Assembly (NCBI GenBank): GCA_951406725.2
Contig: OX597814.1
Span: forward strand, 192,324,001 to 192,388,000
Reading direction: 5' to 3'
From: Octopus vulgaris
Lineage: Eukaryota
Length of the DNA: 64,000 nt
Shown here: positions 1-11,600 of the stretch, piece by piece
Layout: the number at the start of each line of letters is the position of its first letter
Position numbering within the stretch: the first letter of the stretch is position 1
Made by a program: the position numbers and the translations under genes
Notes under the pieces: model-generated
Database searches by the model: none
What the model was told of the DNA's origin: nothing
What the model saw: only the letters and a program-made list of their open reading frames with translations

Positions 1-654
1 CTCCGTAGTGCAATTGATAACCGCTTCAGGAGTTGTGGTGAAGAGCAGGTCCAAGGTGTTGTCGCCTCTTGTTGGAGAGGTGACTACTTGTGACCAGTTT
101 GAGTCCAGCACAAGCTCAACAAAATCGTTTGCACTCTGTGGCCAATGGAAGGTCTCCCAATCGATCTCAGGATGATTGAAATCGCCTGCAATAAACACAT
201 AAGTGGCTGTTTTCCTGGCAGCAGCTCGGAGGACATTGCAAAGCTGTGTGTCCCGATGGTAACTTGGGGGACGATAAACAACGCCAAGCAGGAGTGTTGA
301 CATGGTCATACGCACGTCACAGAAAAAAACTTCTTCTTGTGATTCGTTCAAATCGGCACAAGGAATTACCAAAAAATTTGAACGAACGTAGACCATCACA
401 CCACCACCACGGCGGTTAGTGCGGTCCTTACGGAAGAGGTTGTACCCCGTAATGTTGAAAACCCCATCACAGAGTAAGGAATGCGCCCATGTTTCCGTGA
501 CAGTGATGAAGTCAGGGTCAACACTTCTGACGTAGGCGTTGAACAAATGTATTTTGTTGCATAAACTGCGTGCATTTAAGGACAACAATTTGTACCCTGC
601 TCGCAGTTTATGATGGTGTGTAGAGGATGGCAGGTTGTTCTGGCTTAGTTTCCC
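1..654 (-). CDS. LINE ORF2, N-terminal AP endonuclease domain (partial, no AUG before the domain)
   Basis: Hand translation without stops: LSLNARSL, ITVTETW, GYNLFRKDR..RGGGVMVY, VVYRPP, IAGDFNHPEIDW, PTRGDNTLDLLF, which are the standard APE motifs. Confidence 0.92.
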
Positions 655-1874
655 TGAGTTGCTGTAGTTTTTTTAGTTATTGTGGGTAGAGAGCACTCAG
701 ACCAGCTGGTATCTCTCTTCCACGTTTCAGCAGTCTTGACAAATCTCCAGATTTGTCCATCTTCCCGAAGACTGAAGCTTTCCTGTAGAGCTGAGTTCCT
801 ATTCAGGGAAGCCACTACACGTAGCTTTGGGCGTACATCGGATGGTAAGCCTGGGCGTGTTCGGAAGGTGGTCCGATTTTCCCGCCCAGCTTTAACTGAG
901 GCCAGATGGTAAGAGGTTGCCTCAGTGGGGTCTGTAAAAGACAACTTGATGAGCCTAGGTTTTGGGCCAGGTCGTCCAAGGCGGATAGCACCCGTTGGGG
1001 GAACGCAGCCTAGGTCTTTGGCTGAGTTGGCAGCAAAAGCCTGAAGATCAGCCATGTCTTCTGGCACCCCAATGGCAATGACTTCATGGGTGGCAGAATC
1101 CGCGGTCTTAAATGCGACAAGAGGTACAGGTACAGGGAGGTTCTTTAGCAGAGCATTCCGATAAGACCCCTCATTGTGGAGTCCAACCTGAATGGTTGCT
1201 TTTATTCCTGCTACTTCCCCTTTTAAAGCACAGATCGATTGTTGCAGTTCTGCAAGAACCGCACTGGTCAATTGGTGTTGTTGTTGTTGCTGCTGTTGCT
1301 CTGGTTGTGGTTGATTTTGTTGTTGCTGTTGTTGTTGTTGATGTTGTTGTTGCTGCTGCTCTGGTTGTGGTTGATTTTGTTGTTGCTGCTGCTCTGGTTG
1401 TGGTTGATTTTGTTGTTGCTGCTGCTGCTGCTCTAGTTGTTGCTGCTGCTGTTGTTGTTGCTGTTGTTGTTGCTGCTGCTCTGGTTGTGGTTGATTTTGT
1501 TGTTGCTGCTGTTGCTGTTCCGCCTCCTCCACGGGAGTGGCAGGGGGAGACACAATCGTCGGTTGTGGAGGCACGCAGGCCTGACACTGAAAAGTCCAAG
1601 ATTTAAGCTGAACCATCTTCCAGAGTCTATCCATCATAGCATTATGATGGCTCTTTTTTTGGCCTGGGATCTTCTGAAAGTCCGTGGCACATTGGAGGCA
1701 GACAGAGATGAGACATGTCCCACATTCGACCCAGCGATTACGGAACGTATTTTCGGGTTCCGTACAGATGTGGCAGGTGTGATTTTCTGGGCAGTGTTCT
1801 ATTTTAGAGCAGCGACCAGTCTTATCGCACGCCGCTATGGATTTCACCATGGCGATTCTGTTGGTTCTGGTCAT
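645..1874 (-). CDS. LINE ORF1 protein (PHD-like Cys finger, polyQ linker, coiled coil, RRM-like domain)
   Basis: CHIC..CGTC..CLQC..CQAC finger, Q-rich repeats, and IAIGVPE / IRLGRPGPKPRLIKLSF motifs typical of CR1/L2 ORF1. Confidence 0.85.
   Translation of the reverse strand: MTRTNRIAMVKSIAACDKTGRCSKIEHCPENHTCHICTEPENTFRNRWVECGTCLISVCLQCATDFQKIPGQKKSHHNAMMDRLWKMVQLKSWTFQCQACVPPQPTIVSPPATPVEEAEQQQQQQQNQPQPEQQQQQQQQQQQQQQLEQQQQQQQNQPQPEQQQQQNQPQPEQQQQQHQQQQQQQQNQPQPEQQQQQQQHQLTSAVLAELQQSICALKGEVAGIKATIQVGLHNEGSYRNALLKNLPVPVPLVAFKTADSATHEVIAIGVPEDMADLQAFAANSAKDLGCVPPTGAIRLGRPGPKPRLIKLSFTDPTEATSYHLASVKAGRENRTTFRTRPGLPSDVRPKLRVVASLNRNSALQESFSLREDGQIWRFVKTAETWKRDTSWSECSLPTITKKTTATQGN
1275..1518. 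repeat. CAG/CAA polyQ tract with repeated QNQPQPE units inside ORF1
   Basis: Repeated ctctggttgtggttgattttg units separated by tgt/tgc triplets. Confidence 0.9.
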
Positions 1875-2595
1875 CCGTAGAGACAGAAAATGTAAACAAC
1901 AATACGATAAAAGTAAAATATAAAATATTTGTTTTTGATTCGTTCTTTTTTGTGTATATTCCTTGTTCTTAAATATTGCATGTGTATATACACATGTTTC
2001 GTTCTTTTTTGTGTATATTCCTTTTTTTCTTAAATATTGCGTGTGTATACATAAAAGTATTTGTGCGTATAGACACGGAGAAAGTTTGTAAACAGAAATG
2101 AAATTTTTGATTTTTTTGCAGTGTAGTCCGTCACATTAAATAGTGTGATTTATTTTCACTCTGCACGTATATACATGTGTGCTACAAGTATCTATGTATG
2201 TATGTATGTCACTGCTTTATAAATTTTGGACATACTTACTGTCGTTCAACGATTTCTTTTACCCTCAGCTACACGTGGTGAATTCTTCCATTGTAGATCT
2301 GTGGTGGTCATCGTCGTAATATTTTCTCTTTAGTTTCCTCGCCAAATTGATTATACCCTAATCAAACCATTTGTTTGTCTACTTGTGAATGTGTCTTTGT
2401 TTTAGTAACATTGTATTTTCCTCCTTTTCCTTTTTCATTCCCATATTATATGGAACTTCGGTGGACAGCTACTCTAAGACTCTGTATCATGACAATAAGT
2501 GATATGTACATAGTAAGATAGATATATGTCTAATGTATTTCTGAATGTCTCTCTCCTTCTGTGTTAATGTCTAAGTGTATTTCCCACAATACAAG

Positions 2596-2672
2596 GTGCA
2601 GCAGTCAAAGCAGAATGGTGATGAAGAAGCCTTGAAGAAAGCTGTGAATGAATATGATGATGCACTGGAAAC
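2596..2672 (+). CDS. TTC30: TTC30 exon
   Basis: VQQSKQNGDEEALKKAVNEYDDALE; ag/gtaag. Confidence 0.9.
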
Positions 2673-5600
2673 GTAAGCTCAGAATATTTTGTTATTTACA
2701 TCTCTTTTGGGTCTGAATTTCTTAACAGTTGCAGGTGTGGAGGTGTGGTTAAGAAGTTTGCTTCCAAGTTACATGGTTTTAGGTTCAGTCCCATTGGTTG
2801 GCACCTTGGGGAAAATGTCTTCTACTATATCCCTGGTGTTGACTGAAGCCTTTTGAGTAGATTTGGGAGATGGAAACTGACGCAAACCTGCCATGTGTGT
2901 GTGTGTGTGTGTGTGTGATCATCATCATCGTTTAACGCACGTTTTCCATGCTGGCATGGGTTGGACAGTTGACTGGGGTCTGGGAAGCCAGGAGTCTGCA
3001 CCAGGTCCCAATCTGATCTGGCAGTGTTTCTACAGCTGGATGCCCTTCCTAACACCAACCACTCTGAGAGTGTAGTGAGTGCTTTTTATGTGCCACTGGC
3101 ACAAGGGGAGGGAGGAGCTGGCATTGACCATGATCGCATGGTGCTTTTTACATGCTACTGGCATGGAAGCCAGTCAAGGTGGCATTGGCATCTGCCACTC
3201 TTTGATGGTGCTTTTTATGTGCCACCGGCACGGAAGCCAGTCAAGGCGGTGCTGGCATCAGCCAAGTTTGGATGGTACTTTTTACATGCTACTGGCATGG
3301 GGCTCACAACTACAATTTCCATTTGATTTGATTCTGATATTGCTGATGTTGATGTACTTGACTCAGCATTAGCCACGTTCGGATGGTGCTTTTTACATGC
3401 CACCGGTACGGAAGCCAGTCAAGGTGGCACTGGCATCGGCCATGTTCGGATGGTGCTTTTTATGTGCAACCAGCACAGGGCTCACAACTACAATTTCCAT
3501 TTAATTTGATTTTGTGTGTGTGTGTGTGTGTGTGAAAATGTGTATGTTTGTCTTTGCTTGTCTCAACATTACATGGTGGTTGTAAATGAAGATCACTCAT
3601 TTCTAGTATTCTGAAAAAATATGTCTAACCATGGAGAAATATTACTTTACTTGGAAACAGATTAGGGATGTCAACAAGAAGACATCTGGCCATAGAAAGT
3701 CTGCCTCTTAACTCCATCTAACCCATGCAAGCATGGAAAAGTGAATGTTAAAGCACTGATGATGTATAATAGATTGTCTTTTTCTTTTCGATTAAATTAT
3801 TATTATGTATTTCAGTAGAAGGAGCAAGAACTATGAGAGAGGCAGTCATCATCATCATCATCAACATCATCATTTAATGTCCGTTGTCCATGCTGGCATG
3901 AGTTGGACGGTTTGACTGGGCTGGCATACTGAAAGGTTGCACCAGACTCCAGTCTGATTTGGCATGGTTTTCTATGGCTGGATACCATTCCTAACACCAA
4001 CCACTCCAAGAGTGTAACGGGTGCTTTTACATACCACCAGCACAGGTGCCATTTGCATGACACTGGGGTGCGTTTACATGCCACCAGCATGGATGCCATT
4101 TCTGTGACACTAATCATCATCATCATCGTTTAGCGTCCGCTTTCCATGCTAGCATGGGTTGGACGGTTCAACTGGGGTCTGGGAAGCCAGAAGGCTGCAT
4201 CAGGCCCAGTCTGATCTGGCAGTGTTTCTACGGCTGGATGCCCTTCCTAACGCCAACCACTCCGAGAGTGTAGTGGATGCTTTTTACGTGCCACCGACAC
4301 AGGTGCCAGACGAGGCTGGCAAATGGCCATGATCAGATGGTGCTTTTTACGTGCCACTGGCACGGAGGCCAGTTGGGGCAACGCTGGCAACGGCCACGTT
4401 CGGATGGTGCGGTGCATTTATGTGCCACCAGTATGGGTGCCAATTTGCATGACATCGGTATCTGCCATGACTGCAATTTTGCTTGGCTTGATGGGTCTTA
4501 ACAGCATTAAAATATATTTTAGAGAATATATCTTGTATTTCTTTTATTAACTGCAATAATTGAATATAGTAGATTTTGTAGTAAATGTTATTACTCACCA
4601 AAACTAACCTCCTCTTACTTGTTTATAATGTTGGACAAACTGATTACAATAGTGTCCTGTTTTATCGTCAGAACTCTATAATGCCTTTCCTTAATAATTC
4701 CTAAACACTTCAAACATTATCCTCTTACAGGAAGAAAACAAAAATATAACATCAAAAGTTTACAAGTACTTAAAACATTCATTATACTTGAGCTTACAAT
4801 TTCTACATGTGTGTCATATAGGGAAAAAAACAGGAAGAAACAACAAAACTCAGATGTAGACAGTGAATAGATTAGATTGATACTTAGTGAAAGTTTTAGA
4901 TGGGAAAATAGGAGTGGAAATGATGTTTTTAGTCTGGCTCTGTGCCAAAAACGCAGGAAATGTCCAGAGAAGAGGAAAACAAGGAAGGAGCAGGAAGTCT
5001 GGAAAAAGTATGTGTGTCATTACATGGCTGAAAAATAAACTGACCAGAAGTTGGAGTTAGATGGAGGATGTAGATTTTGATGGTGGTGGGAGATTGTGAA
5101 AAGCGCCATAGTGTGTGTGTGTGTGCTTGTGAAGTGTATATGTATGTAAATGTTTGTGTGGGGGGGATGGTAGTATGTGTGTGTGTGTGTGGGAGACAAT
5201 AGTAGCAGTAGTTGGACTGAACCTGGAACCATGTGGTTGGTAAGCAAGCTGCTAACCACATAGCCACTGCTGTTTATTTTTAGAATGACATTGTAGGGTA
5301 GGTGTGAGAAGCCAAGTTAGTTTGAACATAAAGCAGGTCAAATATTTGGTCCAGATATGACTGGATTAAATACTAAAGGGTCAATAAGCTTGCAGAACAT
5401 TGTATAGTTTGACTGCCTTGTTTGGGAATGCATTTTGGTCGTTAATAAAGGAATTGTCATAATGAGGTTTGTGTCTTATCTCATAGATACATCCCGATCT
5501 TGATGCAGCAAGCTCGCATCCACTGGGATATGGAGAACTATGCACAGGTTGAGAAGATCTTCCAGACTTCAGTGGAATTTTGTAACGACCATGATATATG

Positions 5601-8600
5601 GAAGTTAAATGTTGCACACGTCTTGTTTATGCAGGAAAAATATAAAGATGCTACAGGCTTTTATGAAGCCATTCTCAAGAAGAATTATGAACAAGTAAGT
5701 TATTTTTCTCAGAAGCTTATTTTAATGTCATTTTGTCTGCTAGAAATAACAGCTAAATTCTCTTAAGTTACACCATTAGCCAATATAGATGTAAATAGGG
5801 TGGTGAGCTGGTAGAATTGTTAGCATGCTAGGCGAAATGCTTAGCAGTATTTCATCTGCTGGTATTTTGTTCTGAGTTCAAATTCTGCCGAGGTCGACTT
5901 TGCCTTTCATCCTTTCGGGGTTGATAAATTAAGTACCAGTTACGCACTGGGATTGATATAATCAACTTAATCCGTTTGTCTGTCCTTGTTTGTTCCCTCT
6001 ATGTTTAGGCCCCTGTGGGCAATAAAGAAATAAATATTGATGTAAATATAGAAATGATGCAGTTCTATATTTAAGAGACGAGGAGTTCATCATCATCATC
6101 ATCGTTTAACGTCCGCTTTCCATGCTAGCATGGGTTGGACGGTTCAACTGGGGTCTGGCAAGCCCAAAGGCTGCACCAGGCCAGTCAGATCTGGCAGTGT
6201 TTCTACAGCTGGATGCCCTTCCTAACGCCAGTTAGGAAGTTATGTACATTATTTACATTCAACGGATTTTTGTCCTCATCTTGTTGTTAACCACTATGCC
6301 CGTGGGCATATGGCGTAGTGGTTAAGAGTGCTAGCATGGAAAGCGGACATTAAATGATGATGATGCTACTAACCCCAAGACTCCGAGTTCGATTCCAAGC
6401 AGTGACCTGAACACTAACAGCAACAACAACAATGACAATAATAATAATAATATCGAAAAATACCTTAGGAATAAGAACCCAGGTTCAAAATTTCCCCCAG
6501 ACACCTGAAGAAGGCTGGAGGGTATATCAGCCGAAACGTTGTGTTAACAACAAACAAGATGAGGACAAATATCCTTCAAATGTAAATAATGTATAGAAAT
6601 GATGGTCATGCTTGGATTATCTTTTATCATTGGTCTGTTTGGTCTGGGCCAAACAATGAAAAGTTGTAAGAAATTATATTCAGTGAGTGGACAGACAGAT
6701 GAATGCATTTGTTCATCTGCTTATATTCTGTGCTTTGCTTAAGAAAATGCTTAGCTATAAGTAGTGAAGTTTGTTGTCATTCACTCTTAATAAATCATCT
6801 GTTAGTTTTGCACTTTCAATGATATATGGGATAAAAATTTGGAAAACAGGTCAGTGGCTAGCAAAATGAAGAGCTTCTAGCTATAAAGCAGTGCTTCAGT
6901 AATATGTTTTTGCTTGATCCATTCTAGTATGTAAAAAATGGGTATGAAATTAAACAAAATAAAGGATTGAACTGATGACCGTATAGTCAGTAGATGAATC
7001 TATCAATCTTGATGGCCTTAAATAATCATCATTACTGTTGTTATAATCTAGTAAATTTATGTAGTTTATATTTATTGTGATATCTTTCTAGTTACAAGAC
7101 ATCAGTGCAATTGTTTTGGCCAATCTTTGTGTGTCTTACATTATGACCAATCAGAATGAAGAAGTAAGTTTCTATTATTATTATCATTCAATAATTTTAT
7201 TTTTATATCGTGCTTTCACTTCACTATCAAGCACAGCTCTGTGTGCCTTGGGTATGTGCTGTGGTTTGTTGTGGTGTTCTTATGGTTACTTTATTGAAAG
7301 TGTTTTGCATAGGATGTGTGCAGTGCCCAGTAGTGCAATTTTCTGTGTTATATATATTTGTAAGTCCTGGTGTTTTTGTTATGTATTTGTCTGAATATTT
7401 TTTATCATACCTAATGTGCCTACTTTGATAGGAATTGTTTCTGTTTTTAGACTCCACATTCGAGTTACCTCTATTTCCAGGTCTTTGTATTTTGAAAGTT
7501 TTCCCATTTCTTTTAAAGAAATATTGTCATCTGTTGGTGTTAATACATCAATTAGAAAGCATTTCGTTTCTTCATGATCTCTGACAGCATTTTTTTTCTT
7601 CATGATCTCTGACTTATTATTATTATTCTCGCCTGGCCCCCGTGTCGGTGGAACGTAAAAGGCACCATCCGTCCGTGGCCGTTTGCCAGCCCCGTCTGGC
7701 ACCTGTGCGGGTGGCATGTAAAAAGCACCCACTACACTCATGGAGTGGTTGGCATTAGGAAGGGCATCCAGCTGTAGAAACATTGCCAGATCAGACTGGG
7801 CCTGATGCAGCCTTCTGGCTTCCCAGACCCCAGTTAAACTGTCCAACCCGTGCTAGCATGGAAAGCGGACGCTAAATGAAAATGATGATGATGATGATGA
7901 TGATGATTATTATTATTATACCTATATTGTTAGAGTTGTACAAAGTAGCATTGAATAAAATGTATGTATGTATAATGATATGTAACACATCTGTGCTCAC
8001 TTGAACATGGAAAGACCTTTCACTGTGGCATTAGCTCCAGGAAAACTTTCTTCTCTTAGGTGACATGTGTAAAAACACATTGGGTCATCAGCCACGAATA
8101 CCAAATTCATCATTCACAGCCCAATCAGACTTTACACATGCCAGTAAATTTACTGCAAATTTACTGTTTGCTGTTCTGATAGAGCTGTGAATGACAAATT
8201 TGGCATTTGTGGCTGATGACATGTATCAGTGCAGAAATGTGTGTGTCTCATGGTCCAATGATGTCTTTCATTGCCCAATGTTTTCATACATGTTGTCAAA
8301 GGAAAGAAATTTCTCTTGAGACTATTTCCACAGTGAGAAGTCTTCTCATGTCCAAGTGTACATGAATGTGTTAAATATCATTGTGCATGCATATATAACA
8401 ATATCATTAGTCATGGTCCAACCCATGCCAACTAGGAAGATGGATGATGATGATGATAATTTCATAAGCCAGCAGAATCACTAGTGCATTAAAAAAAGAA
8501 TGCTTTGTGGTATTTGTTCCAGCTCTTTACATTCTGAGTTCAAATCCTGATGAGGTCTACTTTACCTTTCATCCCTCTGGGGTCAAAATAAAGTACCCAT

Positions 8601-11600
8601 CAACTACTGGGATCGACAGTATTGACTTTTCAAAAATTGTTGGACTTCACCTAAGTTAGAAACCATTATCGTTCATTTTATTTCATATGCTTTACTTCTT
8701 AAGATCAATTGGCTGGAGACGACTGGTTTATTTAATGAATCCTTGTTCATGTAATATTGTATAAAATCCATTCTGTCTGTGTGTGTGTGTCTTCAAGGAT
8801 CTCGGGCATCCTCCATCCAATTGCGCTCAAATTTGATAAGTAGATACCGACGGTATCAGGGCATGTATAAGTCTTGAAAAAAATTACAAAAATCGATTCC
8901 AGGTGAGAATGCGATCGAAAAAGCCGTGGGAACGTGCATTTGTATGCGCAAGTACATCAGCTGTTGTGATTGATACTACCCATATGTGAGAAAAATGCAC
9001 ATGCAGTTTGCACAAAAAAAGCCGGCTGGCTTGAAATAATGCCACAAAATGCAGTATATTTAAGAGACCAAAAAAGTAAGATGCAAAAGAGATATTTTCT
9101 TCAAACTTGGCATGAAGGAAGGAAAGACCATTTGGTTTCTCAAGAAGTTTTTTTTTTGCCTTAACTTCGTTTAACAAAACCTAAAATTTTATTGAAAGAA
9201 GGCATGCTTAATTATTTTTTAATGAAAAGAAAACACTGATTGCTTTTTATTCAGCACCGTCCATTGGATGGGGAGGGGGGGGCGCTTTTTTCTCGTAATA
9301 TAATATTGAGCTAATGAAAGAAGTTTTACATAGCTCAATCTTTTCAAAATAGCAGTTAAATTATCTTAATGTCACACCTTTCCATCTTAAAGGGTTGGCA
9401 TATTGCATAGTGCTGCTTGACTGGCTCCTGTGCCGGTGGCATGTAAAAAGCATCATTCGAGTGTGGTCGATGCTAGTACCACCTGACTGGCCCCCATGCG
9501 AGTGGCACATAAAAAGCATCCACTGCACTCTGAGTGGTTGGCATTAGGAAGGGCATCCAGCTGTAGAAACCTTGCCAGTGCAGATTGGAGCCTGGTGCAG
9601 CCTCCTGGCTTACCAGTCCTCAGTCAAACTGTCCAACCCATGCCAGCATGGTAAACGGATGTTAAATGATGATGATGTTACCCTTGAATATGTTTGGAAA
9701 ATACAGGATGGCTTTAACTTGAATGTCTTTGATTTATAGGTCTGCTACATGAGGGCTGATCTGGGGCTAAACAGCCATGACATGCATATCATCCCTAAAT
9801 GGACAGCTTAATGCAAAATGAATTTTGAGTTGTATAAACACCAAACTACACTATTTCATGTTATGTATAATTCATTTTAAATATTTTAGTGAAAGCTTCT
9901 TTGTGGTTTCTCAGCTGTCTTGAAATAGCAGCCAAATCTCCCTGAAATCACATCCTGCCATCTTAAAAAAAAAAAGAAAGGACACATTAGATAATGTAGT
10001 CTTAGATATCCTTTTAAAGACAGGATGGTCATGATTGGAATGCTTTTGATAAGTCTGCTCAATTAGATTTGACGTCATTGCCAGTACCACCTGACTGGTC
10101 CCCGTGCCAGTGGCACATAAAAAGCACCCACTACACTCTCGGAGTGGTTGGTGTTAGGAAGGGCATCCAGCTGTAGAAACTCTGCCAGATCAAGATTGGA
10201 GCCTGGTGCAGCCATCTGGTTCGCCAGCTCTCAGTCAAAATCGTCTAACCCATGCTAGCATGGAAAGCAGACGTTGAATGATGATGATAATGATTGTGGT
10301 TAAACAATTTGCATTGCTCTCCTGTTTTACCACGTACACAAGCTACTTTTCACTCAAGGCTCTCATTCTCCTGAAAGTACATACAAAGTACAAAGGATAA
10401 AACACAGAAAGCCAGAAAAGTGAACAGTTAAAGAGCCATAAAGTGGAAAGGGTGTTTAAACATCAGGAATAAGCAGTGGGAAGGCACATGGCCTAGTGGA
10501 TAGAGCAGTGGACTCGTGGTCAAGGGATCGCGGATTCGAATCTCAGACCGGGCGATGTGTGTGTTTATGAGCGAAACACCTAAGCTCCACGTGGCTCCGG
10601 CAGAAGGTAATGGCAAACCTCTGCTGGCTCTTTCGCCGCAACTTTCTCTCACTCTTTCCTCCTGCATCTTGCAGCTCACCTACAACGGACTGGTGTCCCA
10701 TCCAGGTGGGGAATCTATACGCCAAGGAAACCTGGAAACAGGCCCTTATGAGCCAGGCATGTTACGAGAAGGAATAAATAAGCACTGGAGAATTTTGGGA
10801 AGCATATCTTTGAAGAAACTGTCATACCTTCTGAACTAATATTAAGCCACCTTAGAATAGTCAGTAATTCATTTATTCTATTGTTACACGTTAATAACAA
10901 ATTTGTATGTAATATTTCATTTCAGGCAGAAGCTGTGATGCGAAAACTTGAACAAGAAGAAGAGAAGTTGGCACACACTGACCCAGATAAAAAGGTCTAC
11001 CATTTGTGTATCGTCAATATGGTTATTGGGTATGTATTTTTAATGATGAAGTGTACTGTAGAAATCATCAACATTTTAATTATTCTGGAAGAATAAAAAA
11101 AAAAAGCTACATTGACCTTTATGGAATTTGAACTCAGAACAATGCCTTAAAGTTTTTAATTATGTCCCTTTAAGGCAAGGGCTTTAATGATTTTGCTATC
11201 CCCTACTGATTCTCATGTACTAGAATAAAAAAGACAAGTTAGTTTACCCCCATCAGTTACTCCTTTACGCACTAAAATAGCTGTATACTCTCTGTTTTAA
11301 CTTATAATCTCCTGCACTTCTTTCTTTCAGAACCCTTTACTGTGCTAAAGGAAACTATGAGTTTGGAATCTCTCGTGTAATCAAGAGTTTAGAACCTTAT
11401 CAGAAGAAGCTGGTGACAGACACCTGGTTTTATGCCAAGAGATGTTTCTTGTCCTTAATTGAAAACATGGCCAAGCACATGGTTATGATCCGGGATTCTG
11501 TTGTGCAAGAATGCATAACTTTTCTAGAACATTGTGAAAGTAAGTAAACTGCAGTTGTTATCTCTCTATATATAAATGGCAAAATGTCTGTCTGTATGTG

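Larger units (their letters stand above)
1..1874 (-). mobile_element. CR1/L2-group LINE, 5' part (ORF1 plus start of ORF2), in a TTC30 intron, antisense; continues beyond the window start
   Basis: 409-aa ORF1 followed by an uninterrupted AP-endonuclease frame. The 5' UTR probably extends above 1874 (boundary not resolved). Confidence 0.9.

Noticed and set aside
645-1874. Host polyQ transcription-factor gene
   Set aside because: Intronless and directly followed by an AP-endonuclease frame, so it is LINE ORF1.
1112-1880. Poly-V/L/T ORFs overlapping LINE ORF1
   Set aside because: Alternative-frame and antisense shadows of the CAG/CAA repeat.
3070-3490. CRISPR-like repeat/spacer pattern with palindromic repeats
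   Set aside because: Eukaryotic intron, no cas genes, the 'spacers' resemble each other, and the array is part of a dispersed retroelement.
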